Assembly (NCBI GenBank): GCA_946965045.2
Contig: OX337235.1
Coordinates: 1,364,001 to 1,428,000 of the forward strand
Source: Epithemia pelagica
Lineage: Eukaryota; Protista; Bacillariophyta
Direction: 5' to 3'
Length of the DNA stretch: 64,000 nt
Shown here: positions 21,672 to 33,392 of the stretch, one piece after another
Layout of the letters: each line of letters opens with the position of its first letter
Position numbering within the stretch: the stretch's first letter is position 1
Position numbers and translations under genes: made by a program
Notes under the pieces: model-generated
Told to the model about the DNA's origin: nothing
Database searches by the model: none
What the model saw: the letters and a program-made list of their open reading frames with translations, nothing else

Positions 21672-23448
21672 CTAACCCTGTTTGTGTGCCCGAAGTCGAT
21701 CTCTAAGTGCCTCAGGATTGGCGGCTTGGTCCCTTGGTCTGCAAGCCAAATAAATACCTGTGAGCACAAAGATTGACAAGAAAATGTAAATGAATACATT
21801 CTTGACAAAGAACTTTGAGAAAAACGTCAGGTTCTGTACTTGAACTCCAAAAATTATTCGAATTTGTGAATTGGCGGCGTAGTCCGAGAAAGCTTCTTGA
21901 GCAAACTGTACCACGGGCAACGCGCAAAGTAGGACCAAGGCAATATTGAACATGAATGACGACATGTATGTTTTACCAACTTTCATTGGATGAATGTGGA
22001 AGAACATGAACCGTATGCCGAACTTGAAGCACCCCTTGACGGCACAGAATAACAGATAAACGACAAAGAGTGCAACAGACAGCACTCCAAAGAGGGGGAA
22101 CCATTCGTCAAACCATTTGAAGTAGTTGTTGAGGAACGGTGCAAGAGGAGGATCTGGAACAATAAACACGAAAATGTGTAGGACCCAGAAAATGCTCATA
22201 ATTGCAGCACAGATTCCAGCAAGTAGTGAAAAGAAAGGGATAAGAGGGTTGTAGTTCTCGTAGTTGACAGACATAGCCTGGAAGTCCTCAACATCTTTCT
22301 CCAACAAAAAGACGGCTTGTTTGAATCCCAACAATGCCTGTCGTTCGTCGCGTGCAGCTTTGCGGCTTTCTGAATCAAAAGACCAGCCAGAAGTGACTAT
22401 ACCGGCTGTTGCTTTCTGATCTCGTTCAATTTTTATGAGTTCACCAATGTCCACCAATTCGTTGACGCGTTCTCGAAGCCCCATTTGAGCTTCTGCGAAC
22501 TCCACAGCATCCATGTGCTTCGGCCTATTCACAAAAGCCAAGATCAAGTCCAACGGCAACGCCGCCATTCCGATGCCACCAAAGAGAGCAAACAGCCACC
22601 ACCCGAGCCATGCCATGAGACCTGCGAAAAAGGTACTCGCCGATACTTGCAAGACTTTCGTTTCCTCCCCCGAGTCTGTGACGGCGCTGTAGTAGGCGAC
22701 ATCGTTGGTGTTCATATCGGTCAGTTGATTGATTGAGAAGTTTCCTGTATCAGGTATGGAGTATGTTTCACCAGGAATCATGGAAGAAATAGGAATGGAT
22801 GTCATGACATAGGTTTGCACAGGTATTTCACTGTCGCTCAACAACAAATACGTCACCATGAAAATCAACCCAACAATGATCAAGACAAATACTTGGTAAC
22901 ACATAGCTTGGCCGATTCTACTGCGCTTTACAGGGTTGGGAGCATATGCTGTCCCCGCCATAAGCATCCCATCGTCGGATTCGTAGTAAAAGGTAGCATA
23001 CGGAATCAAAACAAACACCCAGATCGGAATCATCCAAAAAATGGCGTGCCACATTGCGGTCATATTAAGTCCTCCACAGAACCTGGTGTCATACCCATCG
23101 CACCCTGAAAGAATTCAGAAGGAGAGCGTGTTTCAAGCATGAACATGTTCAGGTGTCGTCGAAATTGAAATCCGGGACATAGCACAAGTCTATTAGGGTT
23201 ATCGAGGGACTCTCGTACCGCTGGTACAAACTGTACGTACCGGCATAACCCTCGTTGTTGGCAACATCCAAAGGGAACATCAACACCGTCCAACCCGCCA
23301 AACAAAACCCAAGCATTACTACTAATTTCGGTGCATATGCATCATTGTGGTCATCTGGGTGCTGATAATATACAATCAAGTAAAGCGATGAAACGAGAAG
23401 AATCGACAGCGCCACAATGATTGCAATGACCAAGAAAACGTCCACCAT
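21672..23448 (-). CDS. LMBR1/LIMR-family multi-pass membrane protein (exons 23448-23241, 23104-21672)
   Basis: YYQHPDDHN, MFPLDVAN, IPYATFYYESD, GMAALPLDLI, GCFKFGIRF..IHPMKVGKTYMSSFMFN; about 9 TM segments; phase-1 intron. Confidence 0.88.
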
Positions 23449-24026
23449 GGTTTCTTTTTTGGTTTTCGTCGGTCGATCTGTGTTGGGGTCTTGTTTTCCG
23501 TTTTGAAAATGACTGCAACTCGTGTTAAGCTCGTTTAAACTTTCAGACTCAAACTTTCAAGTTTCAAAATTCAAAATATGATGGATGGCTACCTTACTCT
23601 CGTACTTCTACCCTTTTAGGAGTATGTTTACTCCTCCATAACGACACCATGACGGAAAGACTCAATAGTATATGGTGACTAGACCCGTCCAAACCTAACG
23701 ACGCGGGAGCAATTTTCCCTTAGATTGAATGGCTCCAGAACCCTAGGAGTTATGTCTCTTTGGACGACAGTGAGATGGAATAACTGATGAAATAATATGC
23801 AACATTTACGTGCTAGAATATGAGTTTTTCAGATTAATATGAGTTTCCTTTTGTTGTTGTGTATGAGTTTGTTTTGAACATAGAAGTCGAGACGGAACTT
23901 CCATCACCAGAAGATGTCTGGGCACTTGACACCCCAGAGGTCGATTCTTTACAAATCACGCAAAGTCGGACTGAACACTCTCTGGAATTTTGATACATAG
24001 AATATGAAAAGCCATGACATGACTCA

Positions 24027-26106
24027 TTAGTTCCATCGACGGATATAATAATCATCTCCTGAATGGCCCTTCCCCTTGCTCGAAGAAGGTTGCTTCTTTC
24101 CCTTTCCCTCGCTGGATCCAGGACAACGGGTCGGACTTGAATCCTTCTTTGATAGTTTTTTCGAGTCTGCCTTTTCTTCCTTCCCAGATCCTTTCTCGTA
24201 GCTTGAATCCGAAGTCTCGTAAACGCGTCGAAGGTGATAGCCGTCGCCGGTGCCTTGTTGACGCTTATCTGGTGCAGGTACTTCTAGAGATGCATTCAGA
24301 AATGTTAGAGGTCTGGAATTATGGTAGATGCCTGCTGGTCTCGGAAGAAACTTACCATATCTCAACTTGCGATCTTTGGCATGATTTTAAAATCAAAGCG
24401 TGAGACGCAATCTCTGAGACTCTCATAACAGTCACCAATGGCACTTACCGTCTTCCGGTGTATCTCTGTAATTGCCATGTTTCTTCTTCGACGTGTATTT
24501 GATATTGTCTTTCTTTCCGCTTTCCGTAGAATCCTTCTTCCCCTCTTTCTTACCCCTGTCGTCGCCGTCGTACTTCTTAGAGTCCTTCGACTTGTTTGGT
24601 TCCTTCTTTCCACCTTTACCACCTTTACCCCAGGGCGGACTCGGAGGGCAATGTTTGGGAGAGGGTGGAACTTGTACTGGTTTCATCGTTGGTTTCATCG
24701 TTGGTTTCGGAGTCGGCGCTTGTGTTGCTGCGCCTTGAGTCGGTTTCTGTGTGGGGGCTGGCGTAACATCCGTCGGCGCTTGTGTGGGAGAAAATGTTGG
24801 AGCCAAAGTAACGAGTGGACAAAACTGCTGTTGTGGGTCTGAAACTCCAGTCTATATCATGATTCAGCATGTGAGAGATCTTTGTTGTCTGGTTATGTGC
24901 CGGAAATGGTTTCAGTGGTGTACTTACAATGTTTGTGGGGCCAATGCTGTCCGCGTCGGTTACAAGGGGGAAGATCGTACAACTTTGGTCAAATCGTAGA
25001 CTCCACGTAACCCGAACTGTTTCGTTAAGTTCATTTCGTCCCTCCAGAGTAGTCTGGATTCCAACTGGAATCGTGTCTGCATTCAAACTTGGGGCCGTAG
25101 CTAGGATAGACACGAAGGAAATTGTATCGTCGTCTTCGAATGGTCCTGTTTGGACGTCCTGATTCACAATCTCATTATTTCGGTTTAATTCCAGGATCAC
25201 AACAAGGTCAACCACCACAAACTGGAGATCGGTGATAGATGACGCAGGAATGTCAGAGTCAAGCGGAGGAACTCCAACAGAGATACATTCACTTTCGACA
25301 ACCTCTGGAGGACCAAACGTGTTGTCGTCGCACGTCAACTCGAATGCAAAGGTGAAGTCCCAATGACCAGGCTGGCATCCACAGAGATCAACTCCCACTT
25401 GAGGTCCGACAGTTGGGCTCAGTGTTGGTTCCTCGGTAGGTAGGAACGTAGGAGCAGGAGATGGGGCATCTGTGACGAGTGGGCAAAGTTCCCGGGGCGG
25501 GTCGGCAACATCCGTCTGTCGAGAAAAATCGTGAGCCTCGACAAGTCAACCAGAAAAGGGAACACGTTTCTGAATAGTTTCACTTACCACAACCGTCGCG
25601 ACAGCTGTTTCAAAAGGTTCCACAACAGGAAACGCATTGCAGTTGTTGGAAAAGAAAAGGGACCACGTTGCTCGTATTCGTCGGCTCTCTGTGTTGTTTC
25701 CGAAAAAGTTGAGTTGAATTGCTTTTGGCAGCGTCGTCTCGTCAAAGTTCGTAGATGTAGCTAGTACGGAAGTGTAATTAAAGGGATATCCATCCAGGAA
25801 GAGTCCGTCCAAATTCTTTTGTTGCAATGGCGTATTGTTCTGATCCAATTCGAGCACTTGTATGAGTTCGACAAAGGCAAATTCGAGATTTGTCTCGTCG
25901 TCGTTCAATTCACGTCCAAATTCGAAGCAAACAATCGGTGTCTCTATGCCAGTTCCAGGACCTGATTCGAAAGATACATCATCGCAGGAGAGGCTGAAAT
26001 CAAGCTCGAAATCATAAAAGGAAGGCTGACATGCACATAAATCTCCAATCTGTGCTTTGGCGGCTGCAACTAAGCACAGGAACAGAAGCGTTCGCAGTCG
26101 GGTCAT
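24027..26106 (-). CDS. Secreted protein with two 6-Cys domains and Lys-rich tail, family copy D (exons 26106-25588, 25515-24928, 24851-24449, 24373-24356, 24283-24027)
   Basis: Signal peptide AKA|QIGDLCACQP; second domain QVGVDLCGCQP. Introns have gtaagt donors and frame-preserving acceptors (phases 0, 0, 1, 1). Tail with GKGGKGGKK, KKEGKK and SSSKGKG. Confidence 0.8.
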
Positions 26107-26715
26107 GGTTCTTCAGAATGATATCTCTGCTCTCCTTTAAGTCTTCTACTCCTCTGATTGCAGCGCTTGTTTCGTGGTACCAAGGCTTGACAATTTGGAT
26201 ATTCTTCCTGTCCACCATCGATTGACGAGGGAAACCCGATCAATTGATGACAGTGGAAATTTTGTGACGGAGTCCCCCAAACAAAAATGTGGCGCGCCTG
26301 TAGTGTTTTCCCGCCATGAGGATTTGATCTTGCTGGCTATTGGCCGACGGTCGTTCTACCCCCAAGAAACGCCTGTATAACGTCCATATGAGCGAGAATT
26401 ATACACTAAAATTTGGACTTATGTGTACCTCGCATGGGCAATTACAGGGAACGGAAGTTTGAAACCTCGAAAAATCGCACAGGTAGGAAAATTTCATCCG
26501 GGGCAATGCAATCAACCAAAAGGTCGCGCGATCAAATAGCTACCATAAACTCAACAGGGACCAGACAATGTGACAACCGACAAACACCCTCTGAATGGTG
26601 GATCAAAGGGCAACAAGAACAAATCTAAACTTTAATTAAGCTTTTAGGAGTAGGTTTTGCTCGTACGGATGACACAAAGCAACACCGATCATCCTCAGAG
26701 ACTGGAAAAACATGG

Positions 26716-28251
26716 ATGACGATGGCAACGATGCCGGGAGAAGGAGATGGTTCCGGGGAACCTTCAGCAAAATTTAGCCGAATGGATCCAAAGTATTCAC
26801 GCAGTCATCGCCTCGTGGAAGCAATCCTGGACGACAACAATTTTCAGCAGGCCCCAAGTGTAGGGATCCATGCTGCAGCAAAAGACTTGCCCGACCCATA
26901 CTCGGATCATACTTCTGATGTCGTCATTAGGGATGACGACCTCAACTTTTGGAGTGATACCATTGCAACTTTGGAAAACCCAAAGAAACGAAATCGAGTG
27001 GCGGTTGTTGGTACACCCGGTATCGGAAAGACTACAACTTTTTTTTTTTGCTATTCGGTTGTTACTTAAAATGGGCAAGACCGTGGTTTATTTGTATCGA
27101 ACACCGGACAAGTCTAACCATTACATACAAATGACTCCGCAACGCGGAACCGACAATGTCGCTGTCGAACACTTCCTAGAAACGACAGCAGCAACCGATA
27201 TTCCAGCCCTTCGAAATAGGGAAACGTACTATGTCGTCGATCCGGGACAAACAAAGAGAATTGCAACCCCGAAGGTGGAGTGATGGGAAGAGTTATTATT
27301 GTTGCGTCGCCGGACGAGAGACATTGGGGATCTGGCTTTCTGAAGAAGGAACCTGGGCGAGATCCGGGCGTGTTTCGCTATTTTCCTCCTTGGACCCTGC
27401 CCCAGCTCGAAGCAAGTGTGGGACATATTGCTTCCTTGGACATAGCTGCTGACGATATTGAACGGCTCTTTTCGCTGTTCGGAGGCATCCCTAGGATGGT
27501 CTACGACCCGGACGAGGAAGACGAAAACATCCGCGCACTCACTAGGAAAGTACACGCTTTGGAGTTGTCGCAGATGCAAACGCTGCTTTCTGGACGAGTG
27601 AACATCCACGTTGGATTTGGCCAAAATCAACCCAAAGGCGGCATCATTCTCTTCAGGCCGGATGACACCTATACGGAAGTTTCGTTGGAGGCGGCCTCTG
27701 ACAAAGTTGTCGATCTGATGCGTGAAGCCTTCATGGTTGCCGTGTGGGACGATCTTGCAACGTATGGATCGCCTATCGCGTGGCAACTGTTAGAGAGTTA
27801 TGTGGCAGAATCTCTACAACTACCTGGCGACTACGTGATTCGACCCTGCGTGGGAAAATCTGACGCTCCTTATTCCCAAAAAAGCACAGTCAACATTGGT
27901 GGTTGTACTTCAAAAGTGATGAAGTCCGACTGCACTGCTGCTGTTCGGGATGGACAAGATCTGGTTCTTTACTACTCGTCCAACCGCTTCCACCCATTGT
28001 ACGACATGGTTATCAAGATTGGCAGCGTATACTATGCCTTTCAGGTAACCATCGGCGCGAAACACAAGGCGACTAAAGCTGAAATTCAGAAAGTTGTCGA
28101 CACTCTTGGTATCGCGGATGGCGGACCGGAACTGCGCCTAATGTATGCTGCTCACGAAGGAGTCTTCGATAACTTTGTCACCGATCCCACTGTTCCGTTT
28201 GCGCCTCCAGGCGTGTCCTCATATCATATGAAGATCGGGCCGAGGCCTTAA
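26716..28251 (+). pseudogene. Crinkler/RHS-type (CR) P-loop NTPase + restriction-endonuclease-fold protein, frameshifted twice
   Basis: Walker A VVGTPGIGKT, then LLLKMGKTVVY, YYVVDPG, VIIVASPD, YFPPWTL, LFGGIPR and C-terminal HPLYD.VIK...YAFQVTIGAKH. These are split over ORFs 26716, 26870 and 27280 by +1 at the T11 run 27039-27049 and -1 near 27255. Confidence 0.65.
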
Positions 28252-29016
28252 TGGTACCGTTTTGTGCTTCGTGTCGGCCAGTAAACTCGTCAGCAGACTG
28301 AGCAGCGAGTGCCAGGCAGTGTCCGGAGTTCACTCCCAAGTAGCTAAGCCCCATGCTGGGATTTCGTGAACTGCCATCCACAAAGAAATAAGCCAGCGGA
28401 GCTGTAAGGGTAGTTCAGGCTAAGGCTATTCATGAGCGGGTCAGATCATTAGGGATCTTCAGCGGCGCAAATTTCACTCATCAAGATACAGGTTGGTGAA
28501 GGAGGTCAGCCTGATTGGCAAAAGCTCGATCGTGAAAACGTCCCGGCTCCACTTTTTGCTGCAACATGCTTTCTTCATGCCTACGATCTCGCAAGTCTTG
28601 ATCAATGCACCTCGAGAGTTACTTTTCGACCTGTCCCATGAGAAGCTCACACGCTGGTCCATTTTTAATACCCTGAGCATCAGTTGTTATTGGCTATGCT
28701 GTCGAAGACTCTCGCCATCAACAATGGATACCCATTTCTAACCTTCACATGGACGGCGTTCGATGGTTTCGCGTATGTCACATAGTCGATTTATATCTAG
28801 ATGTGTCTCATTGACATGCAATTCACATATTTATACACGAAGAATCTTGAAATACATTCATCTAACGCCCATTGCTCGTCTCCGTCGCTGATAAGCGCAT
28901 GCGATATCCCTTCCTTCAGCACGACGACATGGGTGTTTCTCACATAAAGATCGTCAACATTGCTTCGATCCATGTATGCGTTGTCGTGGCACAACAATCT
29001 TTTCTTTCATGCGGCC

Positions 29017-32000
29017 CTACGATTCTGAGCACAGTGAAGGAGACGATTCTTTTTTGCCATTCTTTTTGCCTGAATCACTTTTATCCTTCTTGCCGGAATC
29101 CGAGATGGTTTCTTTGTCTTTCTTCCCGCTGTTCTTCCATGAATCATAATATGGCGCGTTGTCTCGTCGATGGGCTTTGAGCGGAATGGTTTGTTGTCAA
29201 CATGACAAAAGGACACAAAAAGGCAACGTTTTCGTTCAAAATATATTACCGTCAGAAACATCCGGATGATATGGCACCATAATGTCATTTCTTACCTTGC
29301 TCAACTTGATCGACTGAAGTTTCTTGGACTTGCCTTCGCCAGTTGTCATCCGTCCTTTTCTTTGCAGATTTGTCGCTCTTCGGACTCCTAGTTTTGTCCT
29401 CCTTAGACGATTTGTCGTCCTTGGTATCCTTGGGGCTCTTGTATGGATGGTCATCTGCTCCTTTGCCTCCCTTTCCACTAGAGCTTTCCTTTGTTGATTT
29501 CTTTCCTTTCGATTTCTTGTCTCCCTTCTCTTTCTTTCCTTTGGGGACTGGAGTGCATGCTGTAGGAGAGGACGTGGGCTTCGCAGTCGGGACTGAGACC
29601 AATGGACAAGTCATCTCTGGTGGATCTGATACTCGCGTCTATAAAAAATAAAGTCAGAAAAATTGCTTTGTCTTCCGGGCAACGAACAGCATTTTGGGGG
29701 TTACTTACAACAGTAGTGGCAACTGTTTGTTCGCCTCCTTCAATAACTGGAAAGACCTCACAGGAGTTTGAAAACTTAATGGACCAAGTTGCTCGTAGAG
29801 TCTGGTTAGAGGATCCTCGCCCCTCGAACGTCACAATGATCACTGCCGGAAGTGTCACAAGCGTAAAGTTTTTGTATTCGGCGAGGACAGAACGGAAAGT
29901 GAACCTATCTCTATCCATAATGCCTTCAATGGATTCCTGCTTCAACGACCAGTTGAACCGGTTGAGCTCTACAATCTGAATGGAGTCAACATGGGCAAAG
30001 GTGTCATTTCGCCCATCTTCAGAAGCGACAAAGCATGTTTCTTCGGAGACACCATCAGGTCCAAACGCATCTCCGATTGGGCAGGGAAGGGAAAAATCAA
30101 GCATGAATTCCCAGAATGATGGTTGACACGCGCAGAGCCCAGACGTTGGCTGTATTGTCGGTGCGTTGGTTGTCGGCGTAGAGGAAGGTTCAGCACTAGG
30201 TTCGCCTGAGGCCACGACTGTGGGTGGAACAGTTGGTAAAATGGTTGGCACAAATGAAGGAATATCACTCAGAACATCACTTGGAACATCACTCGGAACA
30301 TCACTCGGAACATCACTCGGAACATCACTTGGAACATCACTCGGAACATCACTCGGAACATCACTTGGAACATCACTTGGGAAAGAGGATGGATAACCAC
30401 TGGGTACAGAAGAGGGAAAAGATGAAGCTGTTCGACTAGGCGCATTGGAGGGAGTCGTCGATGGCACCGCCGATGGTGAAACGGAAGGAGCAACTGACGG
30501 TGATAAGGAGGGAGTAGCCGATGGTTTGAAAGATGGAGACGTTGATGGAGCAAGAGTAGAAAGTGGACATAACTCTTGAGCTGGGGGCACAACTTGTTGC
30601 TAAAGTGAAGAGAACGAAACCCGTGAGAGAGACCATTTCGTGCTCGAATATGCCTGAAACAGAAACACTTACCACTAGTGCCACAGCTTGAACTTCACCC
30701 CCACTAATAACAGGGAACACGTCGCACTCGTTGGTAAACCGATACAGCCACGCGGCTCGAAGACGATCCCCAGCTGCGTTGAATCCATTGATAGATGCTA
30801 GAAATGCCTGGGGAAGGTTTTGATCGGTAACATTTTCAGGTTCATTCAATATAGATTGGTATGTGATCGTTTCGCCGTCGGCGATGTTCGGAAAACTTCT
30901 TGGGTTCAACCTTATGTTGCCTTGGGCCTCGAAAAGCACGACGTTCACTGTTCCAGAGAACGTGAAATCGTTTGGATCCGCAGCGGGAATTGCAAGATTG
31001 CTCACTTCGCAGTCTTGATCTTCAATGCCTGGGGACGGTAGGACGTTTTGTGGACAACCGAGACTATAATCAATCTTGATTTCCCACTGAGCAGGCTGGC
31101 ATCCACAAACGATGCGGGAGGGTTGCCCACTTGGTGTTTCAGAAGGATGAGCACTTACTGTAGGGAATGTACTTGGAATAGAGGTGGGAAAGTCACTTGG
31201 TACCGTCGACGGGTAGTCAGTGGGCAAGCCTGAGGGATTCGCACTCGGGGCCGAAGAAGGGTCTTGACTAGGAAGAAATGATGGGAGTTCACTGGGTACG
31301 ACCGAGGGTAGAGATGAAGGGATTTCACTGGGTTCATAAGAAGGAAGAAAAGATGGGTTTTGACTGGGTGAAAATGATGGCAAGTCACTAGGTTCGACCG
31401 AGGGTAGAGACGATGGTGTTGTACTTGGCTCATGCGATGGAGTCCAAGAGGGAGTCGTTGATGGCAACATCGATGGGGACGTGGAAGGAGAGCTCGACGG
31501 AGATAACGAGGGAGTCATCGATGGTTCCGACGTTGGTGACGTGGAAGGAGAGCTTGACGGAGAGAAAGAGGGAGTCATCGATGGTTCCGACGTTGGTGAC
31601 GTGGAAGGAGAGCTCGATGGAGATGAAGAGGGAGTCATCGATGGTTCCGCCGATGGTGAACTTGATGGAACCGGGGTTGACAGCGGGCATAACTCCTGAG
31701 CTGGTTGCACAACTCGTTGCTACAGAGAGGAACGAGTGAGACAAATCGTTCTGTGCGTTCTCGCATGCCCTTGCCACACACCCACTTACCACCAGTGTTG
31801 CAGCTTGTACCTCACCCCCACTTATAACCGGAAATACATCGCACTCGTTTGTAAAGACATAAAACCACGTGACTCGAAGAATATCTCCAACAGCGTTGAA
31901 CCCATTGATTTGAACCAATATTGAACCAGGAAGGGTTTGCTCGGTAACACTGTCAGGTTCATTCAATACAGATTCATAAGTAATTATTTGCCCATTCACA

Positions 32001-32305
32001 AGATTGGGAAAGGTTTTTTCGTTGTTCTCTGGTGGTCCAACTTCCAAAATCCGCACGTTCACAGTCCCCGAGAAAGTGAGGTCACTTGGATTATTACTTC
32101 CAAGATGAAAAACGGTACAGTCTTCTTGTGAAATTCCTGGGGACGATGGCGCAACAGGTGGACAATCGAGACTGTAATCAATCTTGATTTTCCATTGAGC
32201 TGGTTGGCATCCACAGAGCCCACCAAAGTTGGCATGTGTCTCAATTGACAAGAGACTAACGAGAAAGAGACTTCGGAAAAGTCCCTTGACATTGTCCATG
32301 CTCAT
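29017..32305 (-). CDS. Secreted protein with three 6-Cys domains, long PS-rich linkers and Lys-rich tail, family copy E (exons 32305-31790, 31719-30673, 30599-29709, 29638-29296, 29174-29017)
   Basis: Signal peptide THA|NFGGLCGCQP; further domains IVCGCQPAQW and GLCACQPSFW. Three phase-0 introns with gtaagt donors at the same domain position, plus a phase-1 intron. The last exon (AHRRDNAPYYDSW...SGKKDKSDSGKK...LCSES*) is not in the ORF track. Confidence 0.8.
30264..30380 (-). repeat. Coding minisatellite, about 10 copies of a 12-nt unit (PSDV)
   Basis: atcactYggaac repeated on the + strand; translates as (PSDV)n on the - strand in copy E. Confidence 0.95.
31478..31657 (-). repeat. Coding tandem repeat, 3 copies of a 60-nt unit (20-aa PS/T repeat)
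   Basis: gacgtggaaggagagct... recurs at 31478, 31538 and 31598; encodes SPTSEPSMTPSxSPSSSPST. Confidence 0.92.
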
Positions 32306-33392
32306 TTCGGAAGGCTGTTACGTTCGGATGGAACTCCTTTTGATCTTTTGCTTCCTTGGTCATTGAGAGAGCTAATTTTCACAATGTGGACGGTTTCCTT
32401 CGTCATGGGATCGGTCTTGTTTCTCATGGTCTCTTTGCACGAGAACAATTTGTGAGACCGTAATGCTCGACGATATGTCCTCAAGCTGGCTGCCCGGCGT
32501 ATCCGCCTGCCGAAAATACAGAGAGTACGAAGAATTCATAGTACAGTAGTTGGTCATGAGTAATTAGGAACTTTACTTCCGAATACTTAAGGACACATAC
32601 ACCACTTATTTTCGCAATAATTGCCGCGCGCGCGGACGAGGCATTCCAAATTCCATGAGGCGTGGTCTCAAAATTGGAAACAAGAACCGTAACGGTCAGC
32701 CGACGATTATGTTGAGCAAGAAACAGCTAACAAATAGGAGTACCAACGATTCATCCAGCAAGTCGACTGTTCAAATGGATACAGAATCTAGCGATGTTGG
32801 GGTGTCCGTTGGCTGACGATGGGCCTTGCATGAAAAATAGTGGGATTTCAGGTCACCTACACCGACTTTGCAGGACCCAAAAGCATCTGGAGAGACATTT
32901 CTCACCGAGTTCGCAAAATGTAAGCCTCCTCTACGGTTACTTGGAAACTATCGCGATGACTTGTTTTCTGGCTTGAGAAGTTTCGGGAATCAGGAAGGGA
33001 TAAGCGTCGCGGATGCGGGCATGTTGAAAACTGGGAACATCGGGTCCATGTAGAAACAAGGTTCTGTTGGATCAACTAAGGTGCCAAATCTCGGTGAGCA
33101 AAGCAATTCACTCAAACCAACCAACCCCATAGGAGAGCAGATCAAATTTCGAAAAGCCTATCGCTGGAATCATCCGCACAACTTGAATCGATGGATATTG
33201 GCATCAAGTCTCGACGACCTCTACAAGTCCCATCGCCATGTCGCGAGAGCGACCGGAAGAAGGTAACGTAGGAGGGAGATCGAACACGTACCGACTCCAA
33301 TGGCGTGGCTTGGACAAACTCCGATACATAACGTACCGAGTACAAAGTCGCATGTAGCACCGGCAACCTCCGGGTGTAATAACACCATCACA

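Noticed and set aside
23613-26662. Shared 12-mer cttttaggagta (23613, 26641) flanking copy D, with a small hairpin aggagta-tgtt-tactcct at 23618-23635, as transposon or Helitron ends
   Set aside because: 12-mer matches are expected by chance in 64 kb. No terminal inverted repeats, target-site duplication or CTRR end was found.
30264-30380. Short regular repeats as a CRISPR array
   Set aside because: The units are contiguous with no unique spacers, lie in frame within a eukaryotic CDS, and there are no cas genes.
32560-33390. Short ORFs between copy E and DGD (e.g. 33142-33366, 33221-33643)
   Set aside because: Multiple stops in all frames and no recognisable domain; treated as intergenic/UTR.
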